Assembly: GCF_003334815.1 (NCBI RefSeq)
Contig: NZ_QOWO01000032.1
Strand: one strand, 5' to 3'
From: Escherichia coli
GTDB taxonomy: Bacteria; Pseudomonadota; Gammaproteobacteria; Enterobacterales; Enterobacteriaceae
DNA: 42,979 bases
The position numbers and the translations under genes are program-made. Within the stretch, counting starts at the first letter, position 1. Every line of letters begins with the position of its first letter. Under the pieces are notes generated by a model, which worked only from the letters and a program-made list of their open reading frames with translations, searched no databases and was not told where the DNA came from. Shown in pieces: positions 10,535 through 22,830 of the stretch.

Positions 10535-13168
10535 TCAGGCAAGCCGGTAACTGAACGTCCGTGACTGGCCGGGTAAAAAAGGCCCCGATAGATTTGAACC
10601 TTGATTTTCCTCGGTGGTAATGTGTTCATCCATCATCGTTTCTGAGCAAGAAATCACCTCGCGACTGAAAGCAACAGTCGCATCACAGGTTGCTGATTCA
10701 GCCGGATTAAACAGCCGTAAAATCACTTCTTGTCGGTCTTCAGCTTTCTTAAGTGCGCTTATCAGGCATCCCACTGGGGGCATTTTCAACAAACTATAAC
10801 TTTCCGGCACGTTGAATCCGGCTTTGTTGAGCTTCATCACATCCCATGGGATTTTGTTGTAACACTGTACTGGAGTCAGCCATGCTCGCGCCTGCTGAGC
10901 TACACCAGCGGCGGTTGGCGTACCGGTATAACTCAATAAACTTAGGCGACAAGAAAGCAGACCACGTAGTTGTGAGTCCGGGACTGGCATTTTAATTCCC
11001 GAAGGCCGCCCAGGCCTTAAAAGCAGATCTTCTTTGCCCAGTAAGCCCACGCCACGCAGCAACGTAATGGCAAAGGTTTTCTTCTCTTCACCGATGACTT
11101 CAAATTCACGTAACCCTTCGCTAAAGACAGCCATGCCGTTACGCCCTTCCTGTAAGGCAACATAGTTGAGCATATTCCATACCGGAACCGGCGCTTCTTT
11201 CCAGCCTTCTTGCTGCCAGTTGTTCATTGCACTGTCGTTCACGGGGCGCGTTAGCGAACCAAACTGCGTATCTGCCAGAACACTGTCGGTGTTAAAAGGT
11301 GTAGGGACCAGGACACGAAGGCGATGATCGTCAGCCTGGTTATCAAGATTGATATCCACATCAATACGCCTGCTGTTATGACTAAGAGTGACAACCAACA
11401 CCACCCCTACTCTGCCAGTGGATTGCCGGGCGCTGCGTTCTGACAAATTGAGCGGCACTGCCATGTCATAGCGGATAACAGCCCTGCTCTGCCAGGCTTC
11501 ATGAATAATATCGCATTGCGGTTTCGCGTTCGCTGCGGTAATTACCCACTCTTCTTTTGCGGGTGAATAGTCATATTCATCACCATCATCAGAGCTTTCT
11601 TCAATTTGCAATACCCGGTCATAGCGCACACCGCTGTCTTTATCTACCAGTTGCAGAGAACCATCCTCATTGAGCGCAATTTGCCAGAAAGCATTTTCCA
11701 GTATCCCTTCAGCGTCACTTTTTGCCGCAATTACGTTGCCAGGCTGATTCGCTTCGATATAAAGCGTGCGATAGCCCATAGAAGGGACAATCTGGTTGAT
11801 CTGTATATCAAACTCCATAAAGGGATCGTAATTACCGTAATGAACTATTTGCCGATCGATTAGGCCTGGATCGATCTCACGGGCATGGCGAATAAAATAC
11901 GGTACAGGCTGACCGCGATCGTCCCGCAAATTAAACTGGCTGGCGCGCAGCCGCACAGTGGTGTTGATAACTTCTTCACGCGGCCAGGGCATCAGGTTAA
12001 ACAGGACGAGTTTGTCGGCGTCGCTCTGCGGCATGTTGTCGGCAATTTTGCGCATGTAGAAACGAATCAGATTATCCGCCATGTCTTCAGCCAGTTCGAA
12101 GCGGGCGACGATTTCGCGATGAACTTTGTCACTACAGCAGCAGCCGATACTGTCGTGGGCATGATTTTTTAAGATCTCTTTCCACATTTTCTCCAGCAAG
12201 CCGTGGTGGTATTCAAAACCCAACGTCCAGGCCAGTGTTGCCAGCGGTTCCAGCAGATTAACAATCTTATTTTCAATACGCGCGTGGGCAATTTTGATAT
12301 CCATACGCGTAGAACCGATGGTGCGATGCACGCGCATATATTTGCCATCAATAAATTCCCCTTTCAGGGTTGCCAGATTATCTCGCTGCGCTTCGATCTT
12401 CTCAAATACCTCTTCAAAGCGGCTCATCACAAACTTACGTTGAGGGTAGATCTCACGTAGCTTATCCATCACTTCGAAGATATTTTGCTGCAATGGCATC
12501 TGGTCATGCCCATTCGGCAGCAAAATCTCTTTGGTTACAGACGCTTTTTCCAGCACGTCAAAATAACTGTCGAGGCGTTTACGTAATCCGTTTTCGTCGG
12601 CAGGTAAGTACTTACCGATGGCGTAGCCCAGCGGCAGCACCTGCGCCGTCACTTCGCTACCGTCACTGCTTTGCCACAAAAACTCGGTTTTATCAGTACC
12701 GTGGCGCTCCGAACATCCGCGCCAGAACATGGTGCGGGTAATGCCAAATCCATTGTAGATATGCGGCAGTTGCCCGGACATGCCAAAGGAATCTGGTAAA
12801 TAACCTATTTTCATCGGCTCGCCAAACGCGAGGCAGTCACGCATTCCGTACATCAGATTACGGACGATGGATTCCGCAGAAACAATCGTGGTATCGGTCT
12901 GGGTATACCAGGGGCCGATAATCAACTTGCCGGCTTCTACCTGTTTCTTCACACGGTCTTTGTTTTCCGGTTTCACCGCGAAATAATCTTCGAGGATCGC
13001 CGTTTGCCCGTCGAGTACGTAATATTTGTATTCGTTGTCCTGTTCCAGTCGGCACAGGATCTCTTCCATATTATTGACCAGCAGAATACGTGACTCTTCG
13101 GTGGTGAAATACCACTCTCGATCCCAGTGCATATGCGGGGTGATGTGAACGCGAGATACTGCTTTCAT
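10535..13168 (-). CDS. mngB: Alpha-mannosidase (2-O-alpha-mannosyl-D-glycerate hydrolase), GH38 family
   Basis: 877 aa; matches MngB/YbgG in length and N-terminal sequence ([22 protein letters not shown]...). Confidence 0.93.
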
Positions 13169-13185
13169 CGTCGTTTCCTTTTTGT

Positions 13186-15162
13186 TTATGGCATTACGCC
13201 ATCAGTCAGATAGTTGCCATGCTTAACCGCGTGACGCCGCCACATCAGGAGAATTGCAGTCGAGATTGCAGCCCCCACCAATGCCGCGCCAAACCAGCCA
13301 ATTGCCGCCATAACACCGCCCGCGCCATTATCATGAAGTAAAAAGAGCGAGAAAATGCCGGCACCGGGTGTCGAAAGGCCGATATTCATCGCACCGACAA
13401 TAGCGCCCGTTACCATAGAGCCCAGCACAAACGAACCAATAACCCGCAGCGGATCTTCAATCGCCATCGGGATCGCCCCTTCGGTAATACCTGCCAGCCC
13501 TAACAGCCAGGTGGATTTCCCGGTCTCAATTTCAAACTCTTTAAACAGGCGCGGTGCGAGCATCGTGGAAGCGGTTACGGTAAATGCCGAAACCATTTTG
13601 ACGGAGGCGAAAATGGCATACGGGCCGTAAACGCCGTTCGCCATTGCGCCCAGGCAGAATGCATAAGCGGCTTTATTCACTGGCCCTCCAAGGTCAAAGG
13701 AACACATAAAACCGAGAATGGCACCCAGCAACAGCGCGTTACTTCCTGACAGACCGTTCAGCCAGGCGGTAAGCGAGTTATTGATCCAGGCGACAGGTTC
13801 CCCCACCACAAACAGCATCAGACTGCCCGCTCCCAACGTACCGAGCACCGGGTAGAGATAAAAAGTCAGGAATCCATTGAATTTACTGCTAAGACGCAAG
13901 TGATTTTTCACCCAGCGCATCAAGTAACCGGCTATCAATCCGCCAACGACCGCGCCGAGAAACCCGGAGCCGATCATGTTGGCGGCAAGTCCAGCCGCAA
14001 AGCCTGGCGCTAACGCCGGTTTATCTGCCAGAGAATAGGCGGTATAGGCCGCGAGCACCGGTACCATCAAAATTCCGAGCAGCCCGCCGCCCAGCTTGCG
14101 GTACATCCACAGCCAGGAGTTTTCTTCATTAAACAGATCTTGTAGCCCGAAGATTTGCGACAGTAATACCGCGACCGCCAGCACCGTGCCCCCCGCGACA
14201 ATCAACGGTACGGCAAAAGAGATTCCGCTCAACAGTGCCTGTTTCAGCTCCGTTTTGACACTTTTCACCGGTTGCGTATCTTGCTGTACGGTACGCGTCT
14301 CATCGCTACGCTTGAGGGTAAGCGCTTGTTGGATCAACGCTTCTGCATGGCGAATCGGCTCGGCAACAGGCACTGAAAGCGCGGGAATGCCATTAAAACG
14401 CTCACTCTCCTTGATGGCGACTTCAGCCGCAAAAATACAGGCGGTTGCACTATTGAGTTGATCCGCCGTTAAACGCCCTTCAATGCCGTTAGCGCCTTGT
14501 TTTTCAACGTAAACATTTACGCCGAGTTTGCGTCCGGCTTTTTCCAGATATTCCGCAGCCATATAGGTGTGAGCAATACCCGCCGGACAGGCCGTTACGC
14601 AGACGATAGTTGGCGCGTTGGAAAAAGAGGCAGAAGGTTGCGTGCCTCCCTTGTCATCCAGCGCCGAGAGCAACTCATCAGGCGTCGTCGCCGACTGTAT
14701 ACGCGCCCGAATCTCATCATCCGCAAGGCGCGTGGTCAGCGCTGTCAGCAGTTGCATATGCGTAGTACCCGCTTCATTGGGGGGAATCGCCAGCAGCACC
14801 ACTAAATCAACTGCTTCCGGGCCATCAACGCCTTCCCACTGAAGCGGCTCGCTGAGTGTGGCGACCGCAAACGCCGCTTCTTTTACCGCAGCAGTTTTGC
14901 CATGCGGCACAGCCAACCCTTCACCTAAGGCGGTCGGGCCAAGGCTTTCACGGCGATACACTTCTTCCAGAAATTGCTCAGTACTGGAAATTTTCCCCAG
15001 AGCAGCAAGACGTTGAGTCAACGCGTGGATGGCCTCTTCACGGCTGGTAAAGCGCGCATTCAGACACAACGCATCGCGGTGGGTCAGAGTCGTCAGATTC
15101 ATCATGATCCTCACTTGATCGTTTTTATAGTCGCGCCAGTGTGCCCGATAAAACAATACCAT
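13186..15162 (-). CDS. mngA: PTS system 2-O-alpha-mannosyl-D-glycerate-specific EIIABC component
   Basis: 658-aa ORF with N-terminal EIIA-like and EIIB-like domains and a C-terminal polytopic EIIC domain. An alternative start at 15105 (MMNLTT...) has a better Shine-Dalgarno, so the start is uncertain. Confidence 0.88.
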
Positions 15163-15270
15163 TATGTGATCAATTTCACTTGATTGAAATTATTTGTATT
15201 GTATTTGTATTATTTACAGGATGAATTTATCGGGCATAATGGTTAAATTCGTATTAATGAGATACTAAAA
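15163..15270. promoter_or_regulatory. mngR / mngAB divergent control region with candidate MngR operators
   Basis: Inverted repeat aatttca-N6-tgaaatt (15172..15191) followed by direct repeats atttgtattgtatttgtatta; GntR/HutC-type operator-like. Confidence 0.5.
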
Positions 15271-15993
15271 ATGGGACACAAGCCCTTATACCGGCAGATT
15301 GCCGATCGCATTCGTGAACAAATTGCGCGTGGCGAGCTTAAACCTGGCGATGCGTTACCCACTGAATCAGCGCTACAAACAGAGTTTGGCGTCAGCCGGG
15401 TTACGGTGCGTCAGGCTTTGCGCCAGCTAGTCGAGCAGCAGATCCTCGAAAGCATTCAGGGCAGCGGGACTTACGTCAAAGAAGAGCGGGTCAATTACGA
15501 TATTTTTCAGTTAACCAGTTTTGATGAAAAACTGTCGGACCGTCACGTCGATACACACAGTGAAGTTCTGATATTCGAAGTGATTCCGGCTGACGATTTT
15601 CTTCAGCAACAGCTACAAATCACCCCGCAGGATCGTGTGTGGCATGTGAAGCGCGTGCGCTATCGCAAGCAAAAGCCAATGGCGCTGGAAGAAACCTGGA
15701 TGCCGCTTGCGTTGTTCCCGGATCTCACCTGGCAGGTCATGGAAAATTCGAAATATCACTTTATCGAAGAAGTGAAGAAAATGGTTATCGATCGTAGCGA
15801 ACAGGAAATCATTCCTCTGATGCCAACCGAAGAGATGAGCCGTCTGCTTAATATCAGCCAGACAAAGCCGATTCTTGAAAAAGTATCGCGTGGATATTTA
15901 GTTGATGGTCGGGTGTTTGAATATAGCCGCAACGCTTTTAATACCGATGACTATAAATTTACCCTGATAGCGCAGCGAAAATCATCGCGATAA
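15271..15993 (+). CDS. mngR: GntR/HutC-family transcriptional repressor MngR (FarR)
   Basis: 240 aa; N-terminal winged-HTH (…FGVSRVTVRQALRQL…) and C-terminal UTRA-like effector domain. Confidence 0.93.
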   Translation: MGHKPLYRQIADRIREQIARGELKPGDALPTESALQTEFGVSRVTVRQALRQLVEQQILESIQGSGTYVKEERVNYDIFQLTSFDEKLSDRHVDTHSEVLIFEVIPADDFLQQQLQITPQDRVWHVKRVRYRKQKPMALEETWMPLALFPDLTWQVMENSKYHFIEEVKKMVIDRSEQEIIPLMPTEEMSRLLNISQTKPILEKVSRGYLVDGRVFEYSRNAFNTDDYKFTLIAQRKSSR

Positions 15994-15995
15994 GC

Positions 15996-16021
15996 ACAAA
16001 AAAGGCCATCATACGATGGCC
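15996..16021 (-). terminator. Intrinsic terminator of the suc operon / SdhX
   Basis: Hairpin ggccatc-atac-gatggcc (16004..16021); on the minus strand followed by a run of about 8 U. Confidence 0.6.
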
Positions 16022-16096
16022 AACCATGTCGAAACCGACAGCCCTTCGCCATTCCTGTAGAGGGAAGCGGCGAGGGCTATTTCTTATTACAGATAT
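15996..16096 (-). ncRNA. sdhX: Probable 3'-UTR-derived sRNA SdhX (RybD)
   Basis: About 100 nt between the sucD stop and the terminator, GC-rich (…cccttcgccattcctgtagagggaagcggcgagggc…). Assigned by position and literature memory; exact ends not determined. Confidence 0.5.
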
Positions 16097-16966
16097 TTAT
16101 TTCAGAACAGTTTTCAGTGCTTCACCGATATCCGCCAGGCTGCGAACGGTTTTCACGCCTGCGGCTTCCAGAGCAGCGAATTTCTCATCCGCAGTCCCTT
16201 TCCCACCGGCAATGATGGCACCCGCGTGGCCCATACGTTTGCCTTTCGGCGCAGTCACACCAGCGATGTAACCCACAACTGGCTTGGTAACGTGCTCTTT
16301 GATGTACGCAGCTGCTTCTTCTTCAGCGCTACCGCCGATCTCACCGATCATCACGATCGCTTCGGTCTGCGGATCTTTTTCGAACATTTCGAGAATGTCG
16401 ATAAAGTTAGAGCCCGGGATCGGGTCACCGCCGATACCGACACAGGTCGACTGACCGAAACCGTAATCCGTGGTCTGTTTAACCGCTTCATAGGTCAGTG
16501 TACCGGAACGGGAAACGATACCCACTTTACCCGGTTTGTGAATGTGACCAGGCTGGATACCGATTTTGCATTCACCCGGAGTGATAACGCCTGGGCAGTT
16601 CGGGCCGATCATACGAACGCCTGCTTCATCCAGCTTCACTTTCACGGTCAGCATATCCAGCGTCGGGATGCCTTCAGTGATGGTGATAATCAGTTTGATG
16701 CCTGCGTCGATGGCTTCCAGAATGGAGTCTTTGCAGAACGGTGCTGGTACGTAGATAACAGAAGCGGTAGCGCCAGTGGCAGCAACGGCTTCACGCACGG
16801 TGTTGAACACCGGCAGGCCGAGGTGGGTGGTGCCGCCTTTACCTGGGGTTACGCCGCCAACCATTTTAGTGCCGTATGCAATGGCCTGTTCTGAGTGGAA
16901 AGTCCCCTGGCTACCGGTAAAGCCCTGGCAGATAACCTTGGTGTTTTTATCGATTAAAATGGACAT
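16097..16966 (-). CDS. sucD: Succinyl-CoA synthetase alpha subunit
   Basis: 289 aa starting [45 protein letters not shown]; CoA-binding and catalytic His-loop region. Confidence 0.97.
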
Positions 16967-18132
16967 TATTTCCCCTCCACTGCGGCAACAACCTGCTGAG
17001 CTGCATCCGTCAGACCTTTTGCTGCAATAATATTCAGGCCGCTGTCAGCCAGTTTCTTCGCGCCGAGTTCGGCGTTGTTACCTTCCAGACGTACCACGAC
17101 CGGTACGTTAACACCCACTTCTGCTACCGCGCCGATGATACCGTCAGCGATCAGGTCGCAACGAACGATACCGCCGAAGATGTTAACCAGAACGGCTTTC
17201 ACTTTGTCGTCAGAGAGGATGATTTTGAACGCTTCGGTTACACGTTCTTTGGTTGCGCCGCCGCCAACGTCAAGGAAGTTAGCCGGTTCGCCGCCGTGCA
17301 GTTTAACGATGTCCATCGTACCCATCGCCAGACCTGCGCCGTTAACCATACAACCGATGTTACCGTCCAGCGCAACGTAGTTCAGTTCCCACTGTGCAGC
17401 CTGTGCTTCACGCGGATCTTCCTGCGACTGGTCACGCATTTCGCGCAGATCAGGCTGGCGGAACAGTGCGTTGCCGTCAGCGCCCAGTTTGCCGTCGAGG
17501 CAAATCAGATCGCCCTGTTTGGTGATGACCAGCGGGTTGATTTCGATCAACGCCAGGTCGCGCTCCAGGAAAATGGTCGCCAGGCCCATGAAGATTTTGG
17601 TGAACTGCTGAACCAGTTTACCTTCCAGACCCAGTTTGAACGCCAGCTCGCGTCCCTGATACGGCATCGGGCCAGTCAGCGGATCAAGCGCAACTTTATG
17701 GATCAGGTGCGGAGTTTCTTCCGCCACTTTTTCGATTTCCACGCCGCCTTCGGTGGAGGCCATAAAGACCACACGACGGGAACTACGGTCAACAACGGCA
17801 CCGAGATACAGCTCTTTAGCGATATCGGTCGCTGCTTCAACCAGAATCTGGTTAACCGGTTGGCCATTGGCATCTGTTTGATACGTTACCAGACGCTTGC
17901 CCAGCCAGTTTTCTGCAAAAGCACGGATGTCTTCTTTGCTGTTTACAACTTTCACACCGCCCGCTTTACCGCGGCCACCAGCGTGAACCTGACATTTCAC
18001 TACCCACGGACCGGCACCGATTTTTGAAGCGGCTTCTTCTGCTTCGCGCGGAGTAGTACAGGCATAACCCACCGGTGCTGGTAAGCCATAGCGGGCAAAA
18101 AGTTGTTTTGCCTGATATTCATGTAAGTTCAT
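16966..18132 (-). CDS. sucC: Succinyl-CoA synthetase beta subunit (ATP-grasp)
   Basis: 388 aa starting [20 protein letters not shown]; stop overlaps the sucD start by 1 nt. Confidence 0.97.
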
Positions 18133-18214
18133 GTGTTCTGTCCATCCTTCAGTAATCGTTATCTTTTAAACCGTAGACCGAATATTTCGTATCGCTTCCG
18201 GGCATTGTCGGTCA

Positions 18215-18485
18215 CCCGTAGGCCTGATAAGACACGTTAAACGTCACATCAGGCATCGCTTGTCGGATGCGGCGCTTGCGCCTTATCCGACCTACATTGG
18301 TGGTCCCCGTAGGCCTGATAAGACACGTTAACCGTCACATCAGGCATCGCTTGTCGGATGCGGCGCTAGCGCCTTATCCGACCTACATTGGTGGTCCCGT
18401 AGGCCTGATAAGACGCGTCAGCGTCGCATCAGGCTTCAATTGCCGGAGAAGGCGATAATGCCTTATCCGGTCTACAGTGCAGGTG
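18215..18485. repeat. Three tandem ~91-bp BIME/REP-containing units between sucB and sucC
   Basis: Units begin near 18215, 18306 and 18396; each contains gtaggcctgataagacgcgt…gcatcaggc and gccttatccg REP-like palindromes. Confidence 0.85.
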
Positions 18486-18497
18486 AAACTTAAACTA

Positions 18498-19715
18498 CTA
18501 CACGTCCAGCAGCAGACGCGTCGGATCTTCCAGCAACTCTTTGATCGTTACCAGGAAGCCCACGGATTCGCGACCATCGATCAGACGGTGATCGTAGGAC
18601 AGCGCCAGGTACATCATCGGCAGGATCTCAACCTGACCATTCACCGCCATCGGACGATCTTTGATAGCGTGCATACCCAGAATTGCGCTCTGCGGCGGGT
18701 TGATGATCGGCGTAGACATCAGGGAACCGAACACACCACCGTTGGTGATGGTGAAGTTACCACCGGTCAGATCTTCAACGGTCAGCTTGCCGTCACGGCC
18801 TTTGACTGCCAGCTCTTTGATTTTCTTCTCGATGTCTGCCATGCCGAGGGTATCGACATCACGCAGAACCGGCGTCACCAGGCCGCGCGGCGTAGAAACC
18901 GCCATGCTGACGTCGAAATAGTTGTGGTAAACCACGTCATCGCCGTCGATAGAAGCGTTCACTTCCGGGTAACGTTTCAGGGCTTCAACCACCGCTTTCA
19001 CGTAGAAGGACATAAAGCCCAGACGGATGCCGTGGCGTTTTTCAAACGCTTCACCGTACTGCTTACGCAGATCCATAATCGGCTTCATGTTGACTTCGTT
19101 GAACGTGGTCAGCATGGCGGTGGAGTTTTTCGCTTCCAGCAGACGCTCTGCCACACGCTTACGCAGGCGAGTCATCGGGACACGTTTTTCACTACGTGCA
19201 GCCAGAGCCGGTTGCGCCGCCGGAGCAGCCGCTGCCGGAGCAGACTCTTTCGCCGGGGCTTTCGCCAGATGTTTTTCCACATCTTCACGAGTCAGACGAC
19301 CACCCACACCGGTACCTTTAATGGCGCTGGCGTCGAGATTGTGTTCAGCCAGCAGGCGACGGATCGCCGGGCTTAACGCATCGTTGTTTTGCTCTTCCAG
19401 AGACGCCTGCTGGCGTTGCGCCGGAGTGGACGCTTTCTCTTCAGATTTGGCGCTGGTTTCTTTACCGGCGCTGTTGCCTTCACGCAGGCGACCAAGGATC
19501 TGACGAGACGTTACCGTTGTACCTTCATCTTCCAGAACCGCATCCAGAATGCCGTCTGCTGATGCCGGTACTTCCAGTACCACTTTGTCAGTTTCGATTT
19601 CTACCAGCACTTCATCACGTACGACTGCGTCGCCGGGTTTTTTATGCCAGGTTGCGACGGTGGCATCGGCTACGGATTCAGGCAGGTCAGGGACCAGAAT
19701 ATCTACGCTACTCAT
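18498..19715 (-). CDS. sucB: 2-oxoglutarate dehydrogenase E2 (dihydrolipoyllysine-residue succinyltransferase)
   Basis: 405 aa; N-terminal lipoyl domain (…[12 protein letters not shown]…), Ala/Pro-rich linker, C-terminal catalytic domain (…DHRLIDG…). Confidence 0.97.
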
Positions 19716-19729
19716 TGTGTATCCTTTAT

Positions 19730-22531
19730 TTATTCGACGTTCAGCGCGTCATTAACCAGATCTTGTTGCTGTTTCTGGTGAACGGACATATACCCTACCG
19801 CCGGAGAGGCGGAGGCCGGGCGGCCTGCATAACGCAGAGAAGCCCCAAACGGAATCACTTCACGGAAATGATGCTGGCTGCAGTACCATGCGCCCTGGTT
19901 GAGCGGCTCTTCCTGGCACCAGACAAAATCCTTGACGTGAGCAAACTGCTGCAACACTTCCTGCATCGCTTTATGCGGGAACGGGTAGAGTTGCTCGATA
20001 CGCACAATGGCGACATCGTGTTGATTGTTCTTACGACGCTGTTCCAGCAGGTCGTAATAAACCTTACCAGAACACATCACTACGCGCTTCACGCCCTTCG
20101 GATCAAGCTCGTCGATTTCACCGATGGCTGGCAGGAAGGTGCCGTTCGCCAGTTCTTCGAGGCTGGAAACCGCCAGCGGATGACGCAGCAGGGATTTCGG
20201 CGACATCACGACCAGCGGACGACGCATCCCGCGCAGCGCCTGACGACGCAGCATGTGGTAAACCTGTGCCGGGGTAGACGGTACGCAAACCTGCATGTTT
20301 TGCTCAGCACAAAGTTGCAGATAACGTTCCAGACGCGCGGAGGAGTGCTCCGGCCCCTGCCCTTCGTAACCGTGCGGCAGCAACATCACCAGACCACACA
20401 TCCGGCCCCATTTCTGTTCGCCAGAGGAGATGAACTGGTCGATAACCACCTGCGCACCGTTGGCGAAGTCACCGAACTGCGCTTCCCAGATGGTCAGAGT
20501 GCGTGGTTCTGCGGTGGCATAACCATATTCAAACGCCAGCACTGCTTCTTCAGACAGTACGGAGTCCCAGACACGGAACGCGCCCTGCCCGTTATGGATA
20601 TGTTGCAGCGGCGTGTAAGTGGAACCGTTAGACTGGTTGTGGATCACCGCGTGGCGGTGGAAGAAGGTACCGCGACCGGAGTCTTCACCCGACAGGCGAA
20701 CCGGAATGCCTTCATCAACCAGCGTGGCGTAAGCGAGGTTTTCCGCACCGCCCCAGTCGAACAGTTTCTCACCGGCAGCCATCGCCTGGCGATCGCCATA
20801 AATCTTGGCAACGCGAGACTGCATTTCAACTGCTTCCGGCACCGTGCTGATGCGTTTCGCCAGCTCCTGCAGGCGCTTCATCTCAACTTTGTTCGGGTAC
20901 TCTTCGTCCCATTCGTGGTTGAGGTACGGCGACCAGGTGAAAGAGTGCATGTTCATCGGACGCCACTCTGCCACTACGCAATCGCCAGCATCCAGCGCAT
21001 CGCGGTACAGGTTAACCATCTCGGTGGCATCTTCCAGCGTCGCCACTTTTTCCTGCTCCAGCTTGTCAGCGTAGATTTTGCGCGGTGTCGGATGTTTTTT
21101 GATTTTCTGATACATCAGCGGCTGGGTTGCGCTCGGCTCGTCGGCTTCGTTGTGGCCGTGACGGCGGTAGCACACCAGGTCGATGAAGACATCACGTTTA
21201 AAGGTGTTACGGAAATCGAGCGCCAGACGGGTCACAAAGGCAACGGCTTCCGGATCGTCCGCGTTAACGTGGAAAATCGGGGCCTGAACCATCTTACCGA
21301 TATCAGTACAGTACGGCGTAGAACGGGCATCCAGCGGATTAGAGGTGGTGAAACCAACCTGGTTGTTGATAACGATACGTACCGTACCGCCAACTTCATA
21401 ACCACGCGCTTTCGACATGTTCAGGGTTTCCTGAACCACGCCCTGCCCGGTCACTGCGGCGTCACCGTGGATGGTGATTGGCAGCACTTTGTTGCTGCTC
21501 GGCTCATCAAGTCTGTCCAGACGGGCACGAACAGAACCGATAACTACCGGGCTTACAATCTCAAGGTGAGACGGGTTAAACGCCAGCGCCAGGTGCACCA
21601 GGCCGCCATCGGTCTGGAAGTCAGACGAGAAGCCCATGTGGTATTTCACGTCACCCGTGCCGAGGTGTTCTTTATGTTTACCGGCGAACTCGTCGAACAA
21701 GTCTTGCGGTTTTTTACCCAGCACGTTCACCAGCACGTTCAGACGACCACGGTGCGCCATCCCGAGAACCACTTCGCGGGTGCCGCTGTTGCCAGCGTGG
21801 CGGATCATCTCTTTAAGCATCGGGATTAACGCGTCACCGCCTTCCAGCGAGAAGCGTTTTGCGCCAGGGAATTTTGCGCCGAGGTAACGTTCAAGACCTT
21901 CAGCGGCGGTCAGTTCGCTTAAGAAGCGTTTTTTCTCTTCGCTATTGAAAGTCGCGCGACCAGACTCGATACGCTGTTGGATCCAGCGTTTTTCTTCGGT
22001 GCTGGTAATGTGCATATACTCGGCACCAATCGGGCCGCAGTAGGTTTGCTTGAGGGCTTCCAGCAGCTCGCCGAGTTTCATGGTTTCTTTGCCGCTGGCA
22101 AATGAACCGACGTTGAAGGTCTCCTGGAAGTCTGCTTCGGTCAGATCGTGGAAAGACGGATCCAGATCGGCCACTTTATCTTGCTGCCACAGTCCCAGCG
22201 GATCGAGATTCGCATGCTGGTGACCACGGAAGCGGTATGCGTTAATGAGCTGCAGGACTTTAACCTGCTTCACATTGGTGTCAGGGTCGGAGATCGTTGA
22301 AGAGTAACGTGAAGCGTCTTTCGCCAGGCGGCGGAAATATTCACGCGTTTGAGAGTGGAATTGATCCGGTTTGACTCCCGTACCAGGTAACTGCTGGAAC
22401 GTCGAACGCCAGTTAGCGTCAACCGAGTCAGGATCGGTTAAGAAGTCTTCATAGAGCTGTTCTATCCAGCTCTGGTTTGCGCCAGAGAGGTAAGAAGAGT
22501 CCAACCAGGCTTTCAAAGCGCTGTTCTGCAT
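19730..22531 (-). CDS. sucA: 2-oxoglutarate dehydrogenase E1 component
   Basis: 933 aa starting [38 protein letters not shown]; ThDP-dependent E1. Confidence 0.97.
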   Translation of the reverse strand: MQNSALKAWLDSSYLSGANQSWIEQLYEDFLTDPDSVDANWRSTFQQLPGTGVKPDQFHSQTREYFRRLAKDASRYSSTISDPDTNVKQVKVLQLINAYRFRGHQHANLDPLGLWQQDKVADLDPSFHDLTEADFQETFNVGSFASGKETMKLGELLEALKQTYCGPIGAEYMHITSTEEKRWIQQRIESGRATFNSEEKKRFLSELTAAEGLERYLGAKFPGAKRFSLEGGDALIPMLKEMIRHAGNSGTREVVLGMAHRGRLNVLVNVLGKKPQDLFDEFAGKHKEHLGTGDVKYHMGFSSDFQTDGGLVHLALAFNPSHLEIVSPVVIGSVRARLDRLDEPSSNKVLPITIHGDAAVTGQGVVQETLNMSKARGYEVGGTVRIVINNQVGFTTSNPLDARSTPYCTDIGKMVQAPIFHVNADDPEAVAFVTRLALDFRNTFKRDVFIDLVCYRRHGHNEADEPSATQPLMYQKIKKHPTPRKIYADKLEQEKVATLEDATEMVNLYRDALDAGDCVVAEWRPMNMHSFTWSPYLNHEWDEEYPNKVEMKRLQELAKRISTVPEAVEMQSRVAKIYGDRQAMAAGEKLFDWGGAENLAYATLVDEGIPVRLSGEDSGRGTFFHRHAVIHNQSNGSTYTPLQHIHNGQGAFRVWDSVLSEEAVLAFEYGYATAEPRTLTIWEAQFGDFANGAQVVIDQFISSGEQKWGRMCGLVMLLPHGYEGQGPEHSSARLERYLQLCAEQNMQVCVPSTPAQVYHMLRRQALRGMRRPLVVMSPKSLLRHPLAVSSLEELANGTFLPAIGEIDELDPKGVKRVVMCSGKVYYDLLEQRRKNNQHDVAIVRIEQLYPFPHKAMQEVLQQFAHVKDFVWCQEEPLNQGAWYCSQHHFREVIPFGASLRYAGRPASASPAVGYMSVHQKQQQDLVNDALNVE

Positions 22532-22710
22532 CGTGATCCCTTAAGCATCTTTTTTATGCTTACTTCGCCGTGGATACTACCACGCACAGTGATGTGCGTG
22601 CCGGGGTTCACTTGCGAGCTCTTGTCTACGTAGTGGCTCGCGAAGGAACCTTTAAAAACTGTCTTAGTGTCAGGGGCAGTTTTTAAAGATTTCCTGCATT
22701 TCTTTGTTAC

Positions 22711-22830
22711 GCCTGATGCGCTGCGCTTATCAGGCCTACGGGTAATGACTTGTAGGCCGGATAAGGCGTTCACGCCGCATCCGGCACTGGTTGCCTGATG
22801 CGACGCTTGCGCGTCTTATCAGGCCTACGG
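22711..22830. repeat. REP/BIME cluster in the sdhB-sucA intergenic region
   Basis: Three REP-like palindromes (gcctgatgcg…cttatcaggcctacg; tgtaggccggataaggcg…; gcctgatgcgacgcttgcgcgtcttatcaggcctacgg) immediately after the sdhB stop. Confidence 0.8.

Noticed and set aside
13186-15162. mngA/mngB as a novel sugar-uptake system
   Set aside because: They match the known 2-O-alpha-mannosyl-D-glycerate PTS and alpha-mannosidase in order, length and sequence; nothing beyond the described system.
18215-18485. Possible CRISPR-like repeat array
   Set aside because: The units are about 91 bp, palindromic, and contain REP consensus; there are no short unique spacers and no cas genes nearby. These are BIME/REP elements.
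19517-21829. 770-aa ORF on the plus strand
   Set aside because: Lies entirely antisense to sucA (a confidently identified 933-aa E1 gene). The translation is Arg/His/Val/Leu-rich low-complexity sequence typical of a shadow ORF opposite a GC-rich gene, with no recognisable domain.
22513-22773. 86-aa minus-strand ORF
   Set aside because: Begins inside the REP cluster after sdhB and runs into the sucA start; a REP-sequence artefact.
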